From: Marinicella sp. | GTDB taxonomy: Bacteria > Pseudomonadota > Gammaproteobacteria > Xanthomonadales > Marinicellaceae | Length of the DNA: 64,000 nt | Assembly: GCA_965230295.1 (NCBI GenBank) | Contig: OZ246001.1 | Span: 1,472,001-1,536,000, forward strand | Direction of reading: 5' to 3' | In this document: positions 19,567 through 27,912 of the stretch, in pieces | How the letters are laid out: each line of letters begins with the position of its first letter | Numbering within the stretch: the stretch's first letter is position 1 | Notes under the pieces: model-generated | The model's input: the letters and a program-made list of their open reading frames with translations, nothing else | Told to the model about the DNA's origin: nothing | The model's database searches: none | Position numbers and translations under genes: made by a program

Positions 19567-20895
19567 TTACAAAGTGACAAACTCTTCTGCTGATGTGGGA
19601 TGAATGCCTATTGTTTTGTTCAACTGGGTTTTGGTTAATCCCTGTTTCAGAGCCACCCCAAACCCTTGGATCATCTCACCACCGTCGGCACCGACAACGT
19701 GCATACCCAGAACTTGATCGGTGTCTTCATCAACCACGATTTTCATGAAGGTTTTCTCAGTCACATCACTCATGGCGTATTTCATGGCACGAAACGTGCT
19801 GGTGTAACATTTGATGTTTGGATGCTGGTGTTTTGCTTCCGTTTCTGTCAATCCACAGGTGCCAATTTCCGGTTGCGAGAAGACTGTTGTTGGAATGTAA
19901 TCATACTCCGGGTATTGATCACCCCCGTTGAACAATCGATTGACCAGGTAGTGGCCTTCTCGAATGGCCACCGGAGTCAAGTTATCTGCATTACAAACAT
20001 CGCCCACAGCAAACACATGTTCAAGTGTGGTTCTTTGGTCCCGATCAACCACCACTTGGCCGTTGGGTTTGGTGTCTATGTTGACCGTTGCCAGGTTCAA
20101 TGATTCGGTGTTGGCTTTACGGCCAGTGGCAAAAAAGACCACTTCTGATTCGATGTCTTGGTGGTTGGTTTTACAGACCAGGCCATTTGCGGTTTTTTCA
20201 ACAGCCGTGATTTCCGTGTTGGTAATGACATTGATACCCGCTTCAATAAAAGATTGTTGGGCAAAGACCGCCACTTCACCATCAAACCCTCGCAAGATTT
20301 GAGGCCCACGATAAACCAAGTTAACCGCTACACCGAGTGAATTAAAAATGCCTGCGAATTCGACCGCAATGTAGCCTCCACCATTGATGGTGATTGATTG
20401 GGGCAGTTCTGCCAAGTCCAAAGCTTCATTGGATGTGATGATAAATTCTTTTCCTTCCATGTCTGGTACAGTGGGTGTTCCACCTGTTGCGATCAATACC
20501 TTGTCCGCAGTGTAATGCTTGCCACCTACATCAATCGTGTGCTCATCGACAAAAGACCCATGACCTTCAATCAGTTCTACACCGGCATTCGACAACAAAT
20601 TCAAATAAATACCATTCAGTCGATTGATTTCTTCATTTTTATTGTCTAACAGTGTCGACCAATTAAACTGGCTTTGCACATCCCAGCCAAAAGTTTTGGC
20701 CGCTTTGAATAACTTGTTGTACTGAGAAGCGTAAACAAACAATTTTTTCGGTACACAACCGCGAATCACGCAGGTGCCGCCCACTTTATCCGATTCACAA
20801 ATGGCCACTTTCTTACCGTAACCAGCTGCAATGCGAGCAGCCCTTACGCCGCCTGAACCGGCGCCGATTACCAATAAATCAAAATCATATGTCAT
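19567..20895 (-). CDS. gor: Glutathione-disulfide reductase
   Basis: GAGSGG, GGTCVIRGCVPKK redox disulfide, GGGYIAVEFAG, IHPTSAEEFVT. Confidence 0.93.
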   Translation of the reverse strand: MTYDFDLLVIGAGSGGVRAARIAAGYGKKVAICESDKVGGTCVIRGCVPKKLFVYASQYNKLFKAAKTFGWDVQSQFNWSTLLDNKNEEINRLNGIYLNLLSNAGVELIEGHGSFVDEHTIDVGGKHYTADKVLIATGGTPTVPDMEGKEFIITSNEALDLAELPQSITINGGGYIAVEFAGIFNSLGVAVNLVYRGPQILRGFDGEVAVFAQQSFIEAGINVITNTEITAVEKTANGLVCKTNHQDIESEVVFFATGRKANTESLNLATVNIDTKPNGQVVVDRDQRTTLEHVFAVGDVCNADNLTPVAIREGHYLVNRLFNGGDQYPEYDYIPTTVFSQPEIGTCGLTETEAKHQHPNIKCYTSTFRAMKYAMSDVTEKTFMKIVVDEDTDQVLGMHVVGADGGEMIQGFGVALKQGLTKTQLNKTIGIHPTSAEEFVTL

Positions 20896-20955
20896 GGGTT
20901 TTCCTGTGTTGTGTTGTGATAAGAATTACAAGACCTGATAAATGGCTTTTCATTG

Positions 20956-21456
20956 CTAAAATGGGCCAAATTCAAAGGCCGCTTTGATGATTTGTTGCTG
21001 ATGGTCCAGATCTGATTGACGTTTCCAGTAAACAATCAAATGTGGGTGCTCTGTTTGTTCAAAACCAACCGCTAAATCAATCTTATAGGCACCTTTGTGA
21101 CCCACATAGCCGAAGACAGCATCACAATCATTGAGTTGCTTCACCGATTCTGACAACATGGTGAATGCCACACCTCCTTGCTGGTTAAGTTGTGCCCTCA
21201 AGTATTTGGGTAAATGGCGCAAGGCACGGGTGTTGACACACATACCCCCGCCCAAGTACATGTTTAGGTGCTTGGTGAAATGGACATAGCCCAAAGTCAA
21301 AGCGGCCCCATTTTCATCAATTGCCATCAGCACAAAGTGTTTGGGGAAATCTGGAATCACATCATTAAAGGAGCGCAAAAAAAGTGTTCCTGCCAATGGT
21401 TCTGCATCTGCAACTTCTATCAATTGAATTTTAATGTGCTCTGAATTGTTAAACAT
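20956..21456 (-). CDS. Hypothetical protein, possible GNAT-like fold
   Basis: 166-aa ORF. LGYVHF, GGGMCV and AVGFE loosely recall GNAT topology. Confidence 0.6.
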   Translation of the reverse strand: MFNNSEHIKIQLIEVADAEPLAGTLFLRSFNDVIPDFPKHFVLMAIDENGAALTLGYVHFTKHLNMYLGGGMCVNTRALRHLPKYLRAQLNQQGGVAFTMLSESVKQLNDCDAVFGYVGHKGAYKIDLAVGFEQTEHPHLIVYWKRQSDLDHQQQIIKAAFEFGPF

Positions 21457-21517
21457 GGATGAGTTAAAAAAAAGTTAAAAAACTGGTTGAGGTATTATGC
21501 CGTTTTCAGTATATAAT

Positions 21518-21831
21518 AAAAAGCGCAAGGACGGTTATTAAGTGATCCGATTGGGTTTGAAAATATAATAAGAGGAGGCCCAACATTTTGAATCATTCAA
21601 TAACCCAAGACATTGAGAGATACAACAAAGTCACATAAGTAAAAGAAAAGCAAGTGCACCTTGGTCAACAAGGCTGCATTCCCTCGGGTTAAAATAAAAA
21701 TAAAAAGAGGGTGGAGTTACAGAAATCAGAGAGTTAAAAAGCGTTAGGGGAGGAAATTTCTGTAACTCCAAAGCTTGCATCGTTTTCAACAAATTCCGAA
21801 ATTCTAACTTGTTTGTAAAAACGACTTAATG
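21518..21831 (-). ncRNA. Candidate small regulatory RNA(s) with C-rich anti-SD loops
   Basis: Promoter at 21837-21865; hairpins at 21776-21833, 21712-21770 (perfect 15-bp stem), 21681-21711 and 21655-21678; U-tract 21641-21649; second related hairpin at 21551-21608 and U-tract ~21518-21522. Confidence 0.65.
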
Positions 21832-21836
21832 CAATC

Positions 21837-21865
21837 ACTATACTACTAAGTCTTACGTACGTCAA
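21837..21865 (-). promoter_or_regulatory. Sigma70-type promoter TTGACG-N17-TATAGT
   Basis: Minus strand reads TTGACG TACGTAAGACTTAGTAG TATAGT; each box matches consensus at 5/6 with 17-nt spacing. Confidence 0.75.
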
Positions 21866-21996
21866 TTACTTTTTGGAAAATTCAGCACGTATGATTATAG
21901 TAGTCATTCCACCTCGTCATTTTATGTGCCAAAAGTCCCTTTGTTTTTCATTGACTGATTAAATAGACCTTCACTTAACGAAATGCTTACAAATAG

Positions 21997-23463
21997 TTAT
22001 TGATATTGGACACAAACATTTTTGGGTTCGGTGAAAAAACGCAAGGCTTCCAGGCCGCCTTCGCGGCCCGAACCGGATGCCTTCATACCACCAAACGGGG
22101 TTCGTAAATCACGCAACAGCCAGCAATTAACCCATACGATACCAAAGTCCAGCCCTTTAGCCAACCGATGACAGCGGCTGACATCCTGTGACCAGATACT
22201 GGTGGCCAAACCATAACTTGAATCGTTGGCCAAATCCAAAGCTTCACGTTCTGAGCTGAATGGCTGGACGGTACAAACTGGTCCAAAAATTTCTTCTTGG
22301 TTGGTTCGACATTGGTTACCCAAACCTGCAATGATGGTCGGCTGGACAAAATAGCCATCGGCACAACGCCCCTTCATTTGAATGGGCTGTCCTCCAGTTA
22401 AGATGTGGCCTCCTTCTGTTTTCGCCAGTTCGATGTAACTGAGCACTTTGTCTCTGTGAGCCGCTGAAACCAAAGCACCGAACTGGGTCTGCTCATCCAG
22501 CGGATCACCAATCTTTAGCTGCTCAACCTGGTTCACCAAAGCATTGGTGAATCGATCATAAATGCTGTCTTCAATCAGCACCCTGGATCCACATAAACAT
22601 ATTTGACCTTGGTTGGCAAAAGCAGCCTTAGCCACTTCTTTGACCGTTCGATCGAAATCACAATCAGCAAAAACCAGGGTCGGGTTTTTACCCCCCAGTT
22701 CTAAAGACAGCTTTTTGTGTTGGTCTGCGGTTGCTTGTTTGATGGCTATACCAGTTGTAGAACCACCGGTGAAGCTGACGGCCTTGACCTGCTCATGTTG
22801 CACCAATGCGGCACCAATTTCTGCACCAGTACCGTGCAACACATTCAAAACCCCAGCCGGTAAACCCGCTTCTATGCAGAGCTTTGAAAACAGATAAGCC
22901 GTCATTGGGGTCACTTCCGATGGTTTGGCAATCACACAATTACCAGCTGCCAGAGCAGGTGCTATTTTCCATGTGAATAAATACAAAGGCAGATTCCAAG
23001 GAGAGATACAGGCCACCACGCCCAAGGGATCACGCAAGGTGTAATTGATGGCCACATTTTCCATGGCGTGAGACTCACTGCTGAACTGAGTGATGGCTTG
23101 GGCGAAGAATCGAATGTTGGCAGCCGCCCGATAAATGTCTACATTTTTGGCCAGGCTGATGGGCTTACCATTATCAATGGCTTCGGCTTCGGCCAGTTGA
23201 TCTTGGTTGGCTTCTATCAAATCAGCCAGGTCATTCAACACCTTGGCCCTGCGTTCCGCTGATGTATTGGCCCATTTTGGGAAGGCCTTCCGGGCAGCGT
23301 CAACTGCGGCTTGTAAATCTTGCTTGTCTGATGCAGGAGTGGAACTATAAACCTGTCCGGTAGCGGGTTCATAGTTGTGGTCATATAATCCCCTGATAGG
23401 CCGTACCAACTTGCCATCGATCAAATTCTCAATTTGTGGCAAAGGCTCCAAACCTACAGACAT
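21997..23463 (-). CDS. Aldehyde dehydrogenase, 2-aminomuconate/2-hydroxymuconate semialdehyde dehydrogenase type (ALDH8-like)
   Basis: ISPWNLPLYLFTWKIAPALA, LELGGKN, NQGQICLCGSR, WVNCWLLRDLRTPFGG. Confidence 0.85.
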   Translation of the reverse strand: MSVGLEPLPQIENLIDGKLVRPIRGLYDHNYEPATGQVYSSTPASDKQDLQAAVDAARKAFPKWANTSAERRAKVLNDLADLIEANQDQLAEAEAIDNGKPISLAKNVDIYRAAANIRFFAQAITQFSSESHAMENVAINYTLRDPLGVVACISPWNLPLYLFTWKIAPALAAGNCVIAKPSEVTPMTAYLFSKLCIEAGLPAGVLNVLHGTGAEIGAALVQHEQVKAVSFTGGSTTGIAIKQATADQHKKLSLELGGKNPTLVFADCDFDRTVKEVAKAAFANQGQICLCGSRVLIEDSIYDRFTNALVNQVEQLKIGDPLDEQTQFGALVSAAHRDKVLSYIELAKTEGGHILTGGQPIQMKGRCADGYFVQPTIIAGLGNQCRTNQEEIFGPVCTVQPFSSEREALDLANDSSYGLATSIWSQDVSRCHRLAKGLDFGIVWVNCWLLRDLRTPFGGMKASGSGREGGLEALRFFTEPKNVCVQYQ

Positions 23464-24242
23464 GCTGTCCTGCCTCCATCAACCGGAATATTGACACCAT
23501 TGATATAAGCACCAGCCGGTGAAGCCAAAAACCCGACCACATTGGCAAATTCTTGGGGTGTGCCAAAGCGGCGCATGGGGATGATGGCTTTTTCATGCTC
23601 AATGACTTGTTCAACCGTCATGCCGGTCTTTTTGGCCTTGTTTTCGAAGATCGCAGACAACCGGCCCGTTTCGGTGGCGCCAGGTAAAACATTGTTGACC
23701 GTGATGTTAAACTGGCCCAATTCATTGGCCAGGGTTTTGGCCCAGCTGGCCACTGCGCCTCTCACTGTATTGGATACGCCCAGATTAGGCAAAGGCTGTT
23801 TAACCGAAGTAGAGATCACATTGATGATCCGGCCATATCCAACTTGTTGCATGGCAGGTACCAACGCCTGGGCCAAAACTTGGTTACAAATCAGGTGTTG
23901 ATTGAAAGCCGCTTGGTAGGCTGAAACCTCGGCATCTTTGGCCAGTCCTGGAGCCGGTCCACCTGTGTTGTTCACCAAAATATGCACATCTGGGTGTTGG
24001 GCCAAATGTGTTTCGATGGCCGATTTCACCTCCTCAGGGCGGGTGAAATCTGCCGCCACAGTGTGGTGAGTTTGCCCGGCCTCTTGTGACAAGGATTCAA
24101 CCACTTCGCTTAACTTTTCTGCACGTCTGGCAACCATGACTACAGAGGCACCTTGGGCAGCCAACTGTTGGGCAATGGCCAAACCCATCCCTTGTGTTGA
24201 GCCGCACACCACGGCTGTTTTTCCAGATAAACTTAAATCCAC
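23454..24242 (-). CDS. SDR family oxidoreductase
   Basis: VCGSTQGMG, LVNNTGGP, NNVLPG, VDGG. Confidence 0.88.
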   Translation of the reverse strand: MDLSLSGKTAVVCGSTQGMGLAIAQQLAAQGASVVMVARRAEKLSEVVESLSQEAGQTHHTVAADFTRPEEVKSAIETHLAQHPDVHILVNNTGGPAPGLAKDAEVSAYQAAFNQHLICNQVLAQALVPAMQQVGYGRIINVISTSVKQPLPNLGVSNTVRGAVASWAKTLANELGQFNITVNNVLPGATETGRLSAIFENKAKKTGMTVEQVIEHEKAIIPMRRFGTPQEFANVVGFLASPAGAYINGVNIPVDGGRTACL

Positions 24243-24243
24243 T

Positions 24244-24444
24244 TCACACCTCCTTCATGGCCTTGACCAACAGCTCCCTGGCCAACACCGCATCAGCATG
24301 GTTAGGAAATTTAAACTTCAACATGTCTCCCACCAAGCGTACATTAAACTGTTTGCCTTCGTCATGATTGGCAGTGAACACTGCGCTGACAAAAACAATT
24401 TTTTCTAACACCAAAGTATAGCCTTTTAAATCGTATGTTTTCAT
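24244..24444 (-). CDS. Small hypothetical protein (66 aa)
   Basis: ORF ends 1 nt before the SDR start, and its last codons (GGAGG) supply the SDR RBS. Confidence 0.6.
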   Translation of the reverse strand: MKTYDLKGYTLVLEKIVFVSAVFTANHDEGKQFNVRLVGDMLKFKFPNHADAVLARELLVKAMKEV

Positions 24445-24524
24445 GACGTCACATGACCTTAAAAATGACAATCATCTTACAAGCATTGTTAATTAACAAC
24501 CACCATTGAAATCAATTAATAGGC

Positions 24525-24551
24525 AAAAAAAACGCCAAGTTCAACTTGGCG
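24525..24551 (-). terminator. Rho-independent terminator
   Basis: CGCCAAGT-loop-ACTTGGCG stem followed by a T8 tract on the minus strand. Confidence 0.75.
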
Positions 24552-24588
24552 CAATCAATTTAGAGAGTAATGAAATTAATAGATGCTT

Positions 24589-24990
24589 TTAGTTACTGGC
24601 TGGTTCTCCATTTTCAGGTTTTTCATCATTGTCATAATGCCAACCATGAAAAGGAAAAGGTTTTTCTTCTTTTTGAAAAGACACGTAACTGATGATGTCT
24701 GATAAATAATTGCCCAATTCACCATTGAATGCTTTTAAGTTCTTATTCAAGGTACCAGTGATCAGTAAGAAACCAAACTGTACCAACACCACAAAACCAA
24801 ACACCCACAGTGACAACCAGCCAATTAAGGCAAACAACAGCGTAACCAGAATTCGGGTTAATACGTCGTTGTTTAGTTTTGATTCTTTTTTTGCAGCCTG
24901 CTCAGGTTCTTTAACTTCAACCGCTTCTGCTTCGATAACTGTTTCGTTTTTCGGGTCTTCAACCCCATCGTTTTTGTCTTTGTCTGACAT
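24589..24990 (-). CDS. DUF4389 family membrane protein
   Basis: VQFGFLLITG...N..LKAF...Y..F..EEKPFPF pattern. Confidence 0.8.
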   Translation of the reverse strand: MSDKDKNDGVEDPKNETVIEAEAVEVKEPEQAAKKESKLNNDVLTRILVTLLFALIGWLSLWVFGFVVLVQFGFLLITGTLNKNLKAFNGELGNYLSDIISYVSFQKEEKPFPFHGWHYDNDEKPENGEPASN

Positions 24991-25075
24991 GGTGTTTACC
25001 TCTGTGTTGTCGTTGAATAATTACTATAGACAATCCACCTCAGATTTAACAGTGCCAGAGGTCACAGCACAGAAT

Positions 25076-25430
25076 AGGAAAGCTCTTGGGGCTTCATTCT
25101 GGTTCATGGTCTGACAGGTCTTCATATTTGCTGCGCAAATAAACCGACCTTTACAGACTATTGTCTGAGCAGTTGCTTCGCACTGCATGTCTGTTCCAGA
25201 CAAAAGTGAAAGCGACCACTGCGAGCATGACATTCTATTTCGCGCTTTTCGCCTCTGATTGGCCTACATGGATGTAGGTCTGCCGCGATAGCAGGGAGCG
25301 ATAGCGGCCGCTATAACAATAGCTCACGGCTTATCACTCATTTCATCAAGGCTTATTGACTTCGTCAAACCGCCATGATTACATGTTTGGCCTAACCGGC
25401 TCGGCGTGTCAACCTGCTCAGCTAGTTTTC
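25076..25430. repeat. Dispersed modular intergenic element, copy 1 (longest, ~355 nt)
   Basis: 25092-25205 is the exact reverse complement of 53921-54034; the remainder aligns with 36488-36750. Confidence 0.9.
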
Positions 25431-25453
25431 AATGTGAAACTGTGTTGAAGTTA

Positions 25454-26350
25454 CTACTTTAAGCTTGCCAACATAGAGCCAATAACAATCAACACCACAC
25501 CCATGTAACCAACTGTTTGAATGGTCTCCGATGCCAACAAATGTGGAAACAGATAAGCAAATGCATTGATAAAGAATAACGTGATGACTGGTGTCAGTGC
25601 CAACACCATGCCCACCCTTGATGCATTCCAATGATTCAATGCTTCGGCAAATGCGCCGTAGGCAATCACCGTATTGATACAGGCATAAGCAATGGCCCAC
25701 CACTGGATGGGTGTGATGTTGTGGTATTGGCTGAAGTCACTCCAAAAAAACAGCACGATTGAAGCAAAGACATAGATAAACAACAATATGCTTTGTGAAG
25801 ACAAGACCCTGGCTAGTTTCTTCTGAATCAGTGCATAAATGGCCCATGTCAATGCCGCAATGAACATCACCCATATGCCCATCGTGTAATCACTGTTGAT
25901 GATCTGTTGAATTTGATCTTTGAAAAACAAACCCAACCCAATGAGGATACTCATGGCACCAGTCATTTGCATGCGGCTGAATGATTCTTTGAAAATCAGC
26001 ACCCCGCCCAAAGACATCAGCAAGGGCGCCATCTGGATAAAAACCTGGGCATTGGCAGGCGAAGTCATGTCCATACCAATCAGAAAAAAGACATAATTGG
26101 CTATCAGCATCATGGCTGCCATACCCAACCACAACCATTGTTTGGTATTCAGTTTTTTGAACTCTGACAGTTTGTTTCGACTCAATAAAATGACAAAAAC
26201 TACCAAGCCTGCGGTTAAAAAACGAAACCATGTCAGGGTCATGGCATCGGTGGCTGCCAAGCTGATTTTCAGGGCAATGGGTAAAGTGCTCCAAAACAAC
26301 ACCGTGATCAGCGATAAGATCAAGCCTTTGGTCCAGCTTTCATCAGTCAT
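25454..26350 (-). CDS. DMT/EamA family transporter
   Basis: About 10 TM segments, two EamA repeats, WSTLPIALK, FKE, TPVIT. Confidence 0.88.
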   Translation of the reverse strand: MTDESWTKGLILSLITVLFWSTLPIALKISLAATDAMTLTWFRFLTAGLVVFVILLSRNKLSEFKKLNTKQWLWLGMAAMMLIANYVFFLIGMDMTSPANAQVFIQMAPLLMSLGGVLIFKESFSRMQMTGAMSILIGLGLFFKDQIQQIINSDYTMGIWVMFIAALTWAIYALIQKKLARVLSSQSILLFIYVFASIVLFFWSDFSQYHNITPIQWWAIAYACINTVIAYGAFAEALNHWNASRVGMVLALTPVITLFFINAFAYLFPHLLASETIQTVGYMGVVLIVIGSMLASLK

Positions 26351-26494
26351 AACAACACCTTGATAGCAGCCCTCATCAAGGGCACAGAGATAAAGGCGCT
26401 ATTTAACTGCATTTTTAACAACGATGATATGAAAAACTCATAATAAATTGGACTAAGTGAATAGGTCTCGGTTGGGGTATTGGGCGGGTATGCG

Positions 26495-26531
26495 ATTCAG
26501 CTTTTATTCAGCCAATCGGCTGTAGTATAGT
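26495..26531 (+). promoter_or_regulatory. ATTCAG-N5-ATTCAG direct repeat (OmpR/PhoP-type box) upstream of a TATAGT -10
   Basis: Repeats at 26495-26500 and 26506-26511; TATAGT at 26526-26531. Confidence 0.45.
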
Positions 26532-26558
26532 GGTGTTATGAAAAACAGTGTGACCAAC

Positions 26559-27785
26559 ATGAAATTATTGATACCATTTTTGACCCTGTTCTTGGCCTCT
26601 TGTAGCGTTCACAATCATCGCTACGATGCCGAGGAAGATGTTTATTATCAAGATGATTATTATGCCTATGATAATTATGACCCTTATTATGGGTATGGAT
26701 CAGGAACATACAGCACAACAGGTAATGGTGTTTATTACAACAACTACAACTATTATCCAGATCGATGGGGCATCACCTACAGCAATGTCTATTACAGCCC
26801 TTATCGTTATCCGCGGGTGGGTTTTTACTTTTCTTCAGCCTACAATTGTGGCTACTCTTACTGGTCTAACTGGTGCTCGCCAAGTTATTGGTCACCTCAT
26901 CATTATGGACGCAGCTATTATGGCTGGGCGTCCTGGGGCTTTGGTTTAGGTTACAGTAGCATTTACTATGATAACTACTGGTGGTACAACCATTGGCGCA
27001 ATCGCACTTATAACCACCACAGACCCACTCAACGTGGTTATTACTCTGCTCGCAATGAAGCCAGGAGGCTGAATAACAACCGCTACAGGAATAACTACAA
27101 AGGCAGCAACCAAAATAGCCGATACAACCGAACAGGCTATAACAGCAACCGAAGTGGGGCAGTCAGCCGTGACCGATCTCGAAGCAACCGATCCATCAGC
27201 AGACCATCGAATCGTTCAGGCAACACAATCAGGTCCACTCGATCGGTACCAAGACAAAGGCAGCAATCTGCAAGCAGCAGACAGAACAGCCGATCATCCA
27301 ACAACCATGTATCTTCCAGAAACCAAGTGGCAGGCCGATCCACCAGTTACGGCTTACAACAGCGAATCAAAGAAGATTACGAGCCACAGCAAAATCGCTA
27401 CCAAAAACCCGCACCTGTGGCCAGGCAAATTTCAGGCAGATCAAACTCTCTCAACACGGGCCGAAATACTTCACAACAAAACACCCGCACAAGGGTAAAA
27501 CCGATGAACAGCCAATCACCGGTTTATCACACCAACACCCAGCCGGTGAATCGGTCACAAAGCAGATCAACAGGTGAGTTAAGGAGGGTACAGCAACATC
27601 GTCCGGCTGTGGCAAACAACAGATCGAGCCATACCAGCTCAAAACCTGTCAACAGATCAAAACCCAGTAACAGCAGAAGCAAACCATCCAACAACCGGTC
27701 CAGCAGTCAATCTAACAAGAGCAGCCGCTCTAATAGCAGCGCCAGATCAAATAGCAACAATAACCGCCGAAACCGATCTCGCTAA
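26559..27785 (+). CDS. Lipoprotein with a Tyr/Trp-rich N-half and an Arg/Ser/Asn-rich disordered C-half
   Basis: MKLLIPFLTLFLASC lipobox and strongly biased composition. Confidence 0.8.
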   Translation: MKLLIPFLTLFLASCSVHNHRYDAEEDVYYQDDYYAYDNYDPYYGYGSGTYSTTGNGVYYNNYNYYPDRWGITYSNVYYSPYRYPRVGFYFSSAYNCGYSYWSNWCSPSYWSPHHYGRSYYGWASWGFGLGYSSIYYDNYWWYNHWRNRTYNHHRPTQRGYYSARNEARRLNNNRYRNNYKGSNQNSRYNRTGYNSNRSGAVSRDRSRSNRSISRPSNRSGNTIRSTRSVPRQRQQSASSRQNSRSSNNHVSSRNQVAGRSTSYGLQQRIKEDYEPQQNRYQKPAPVARQISGRSNSLNTGRNTSQQNTRTRVKPMNSQSPVYHTNTQPVNRSQSRSTGELRRVQQHRPAVANNRSSHTSSKPVNRSKPSNSRSKPSNNRSSSQSNKSSRSNSSARSNSNNNRRNRSR

Positions 27786-27817
27786 AAAACTCCATCATTG
27801 ATTGTGCATGAATTAAC

Positions 27818-27841
27818 ATACCCGGCCAGCCCGGGTATTTT
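27818..27841 (+). terminator. Rho-independent terminator
   Basis: ATACCCGG-CCAGC-CCGGGTAT followed by TTT. Confidence 0.6.
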
Positions 27842-27912
27842 GCCATCTGGGTATCACAAAACACTTGTCTTTGTTGTAGAATAACAACGTTTTTAATCGG
27901 AACAACTAACAA

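Noticed and set aside
21572-21638. Plus-strand AGGAGG followed by a 16-codon TTG ORF
   Set aside because: Weak start codon and no convincing promoter spacing. The motif is better explained as the complement of the minus-strand CCUCCUC loop, though translation is not fully excluded.
25024-25233. ORF sharing SGTDMQCEATAQTIVCKGRFICAANMKTCQ with ORF 53923..54264
   Set aside because: The shared peptide is a by-product of the identical DNA cassette. Starts and ends differ, and the second ORF overlaps the M19 gene antisense.
25076-25430. Retron msr-msd, group II intron fragment or tRNA
   Set aside because: No reverse transcriptase in the window, no recognisable domain V or T-loop/anticodon arm pattern, and multiple dispersed copies fit a repeat element better.
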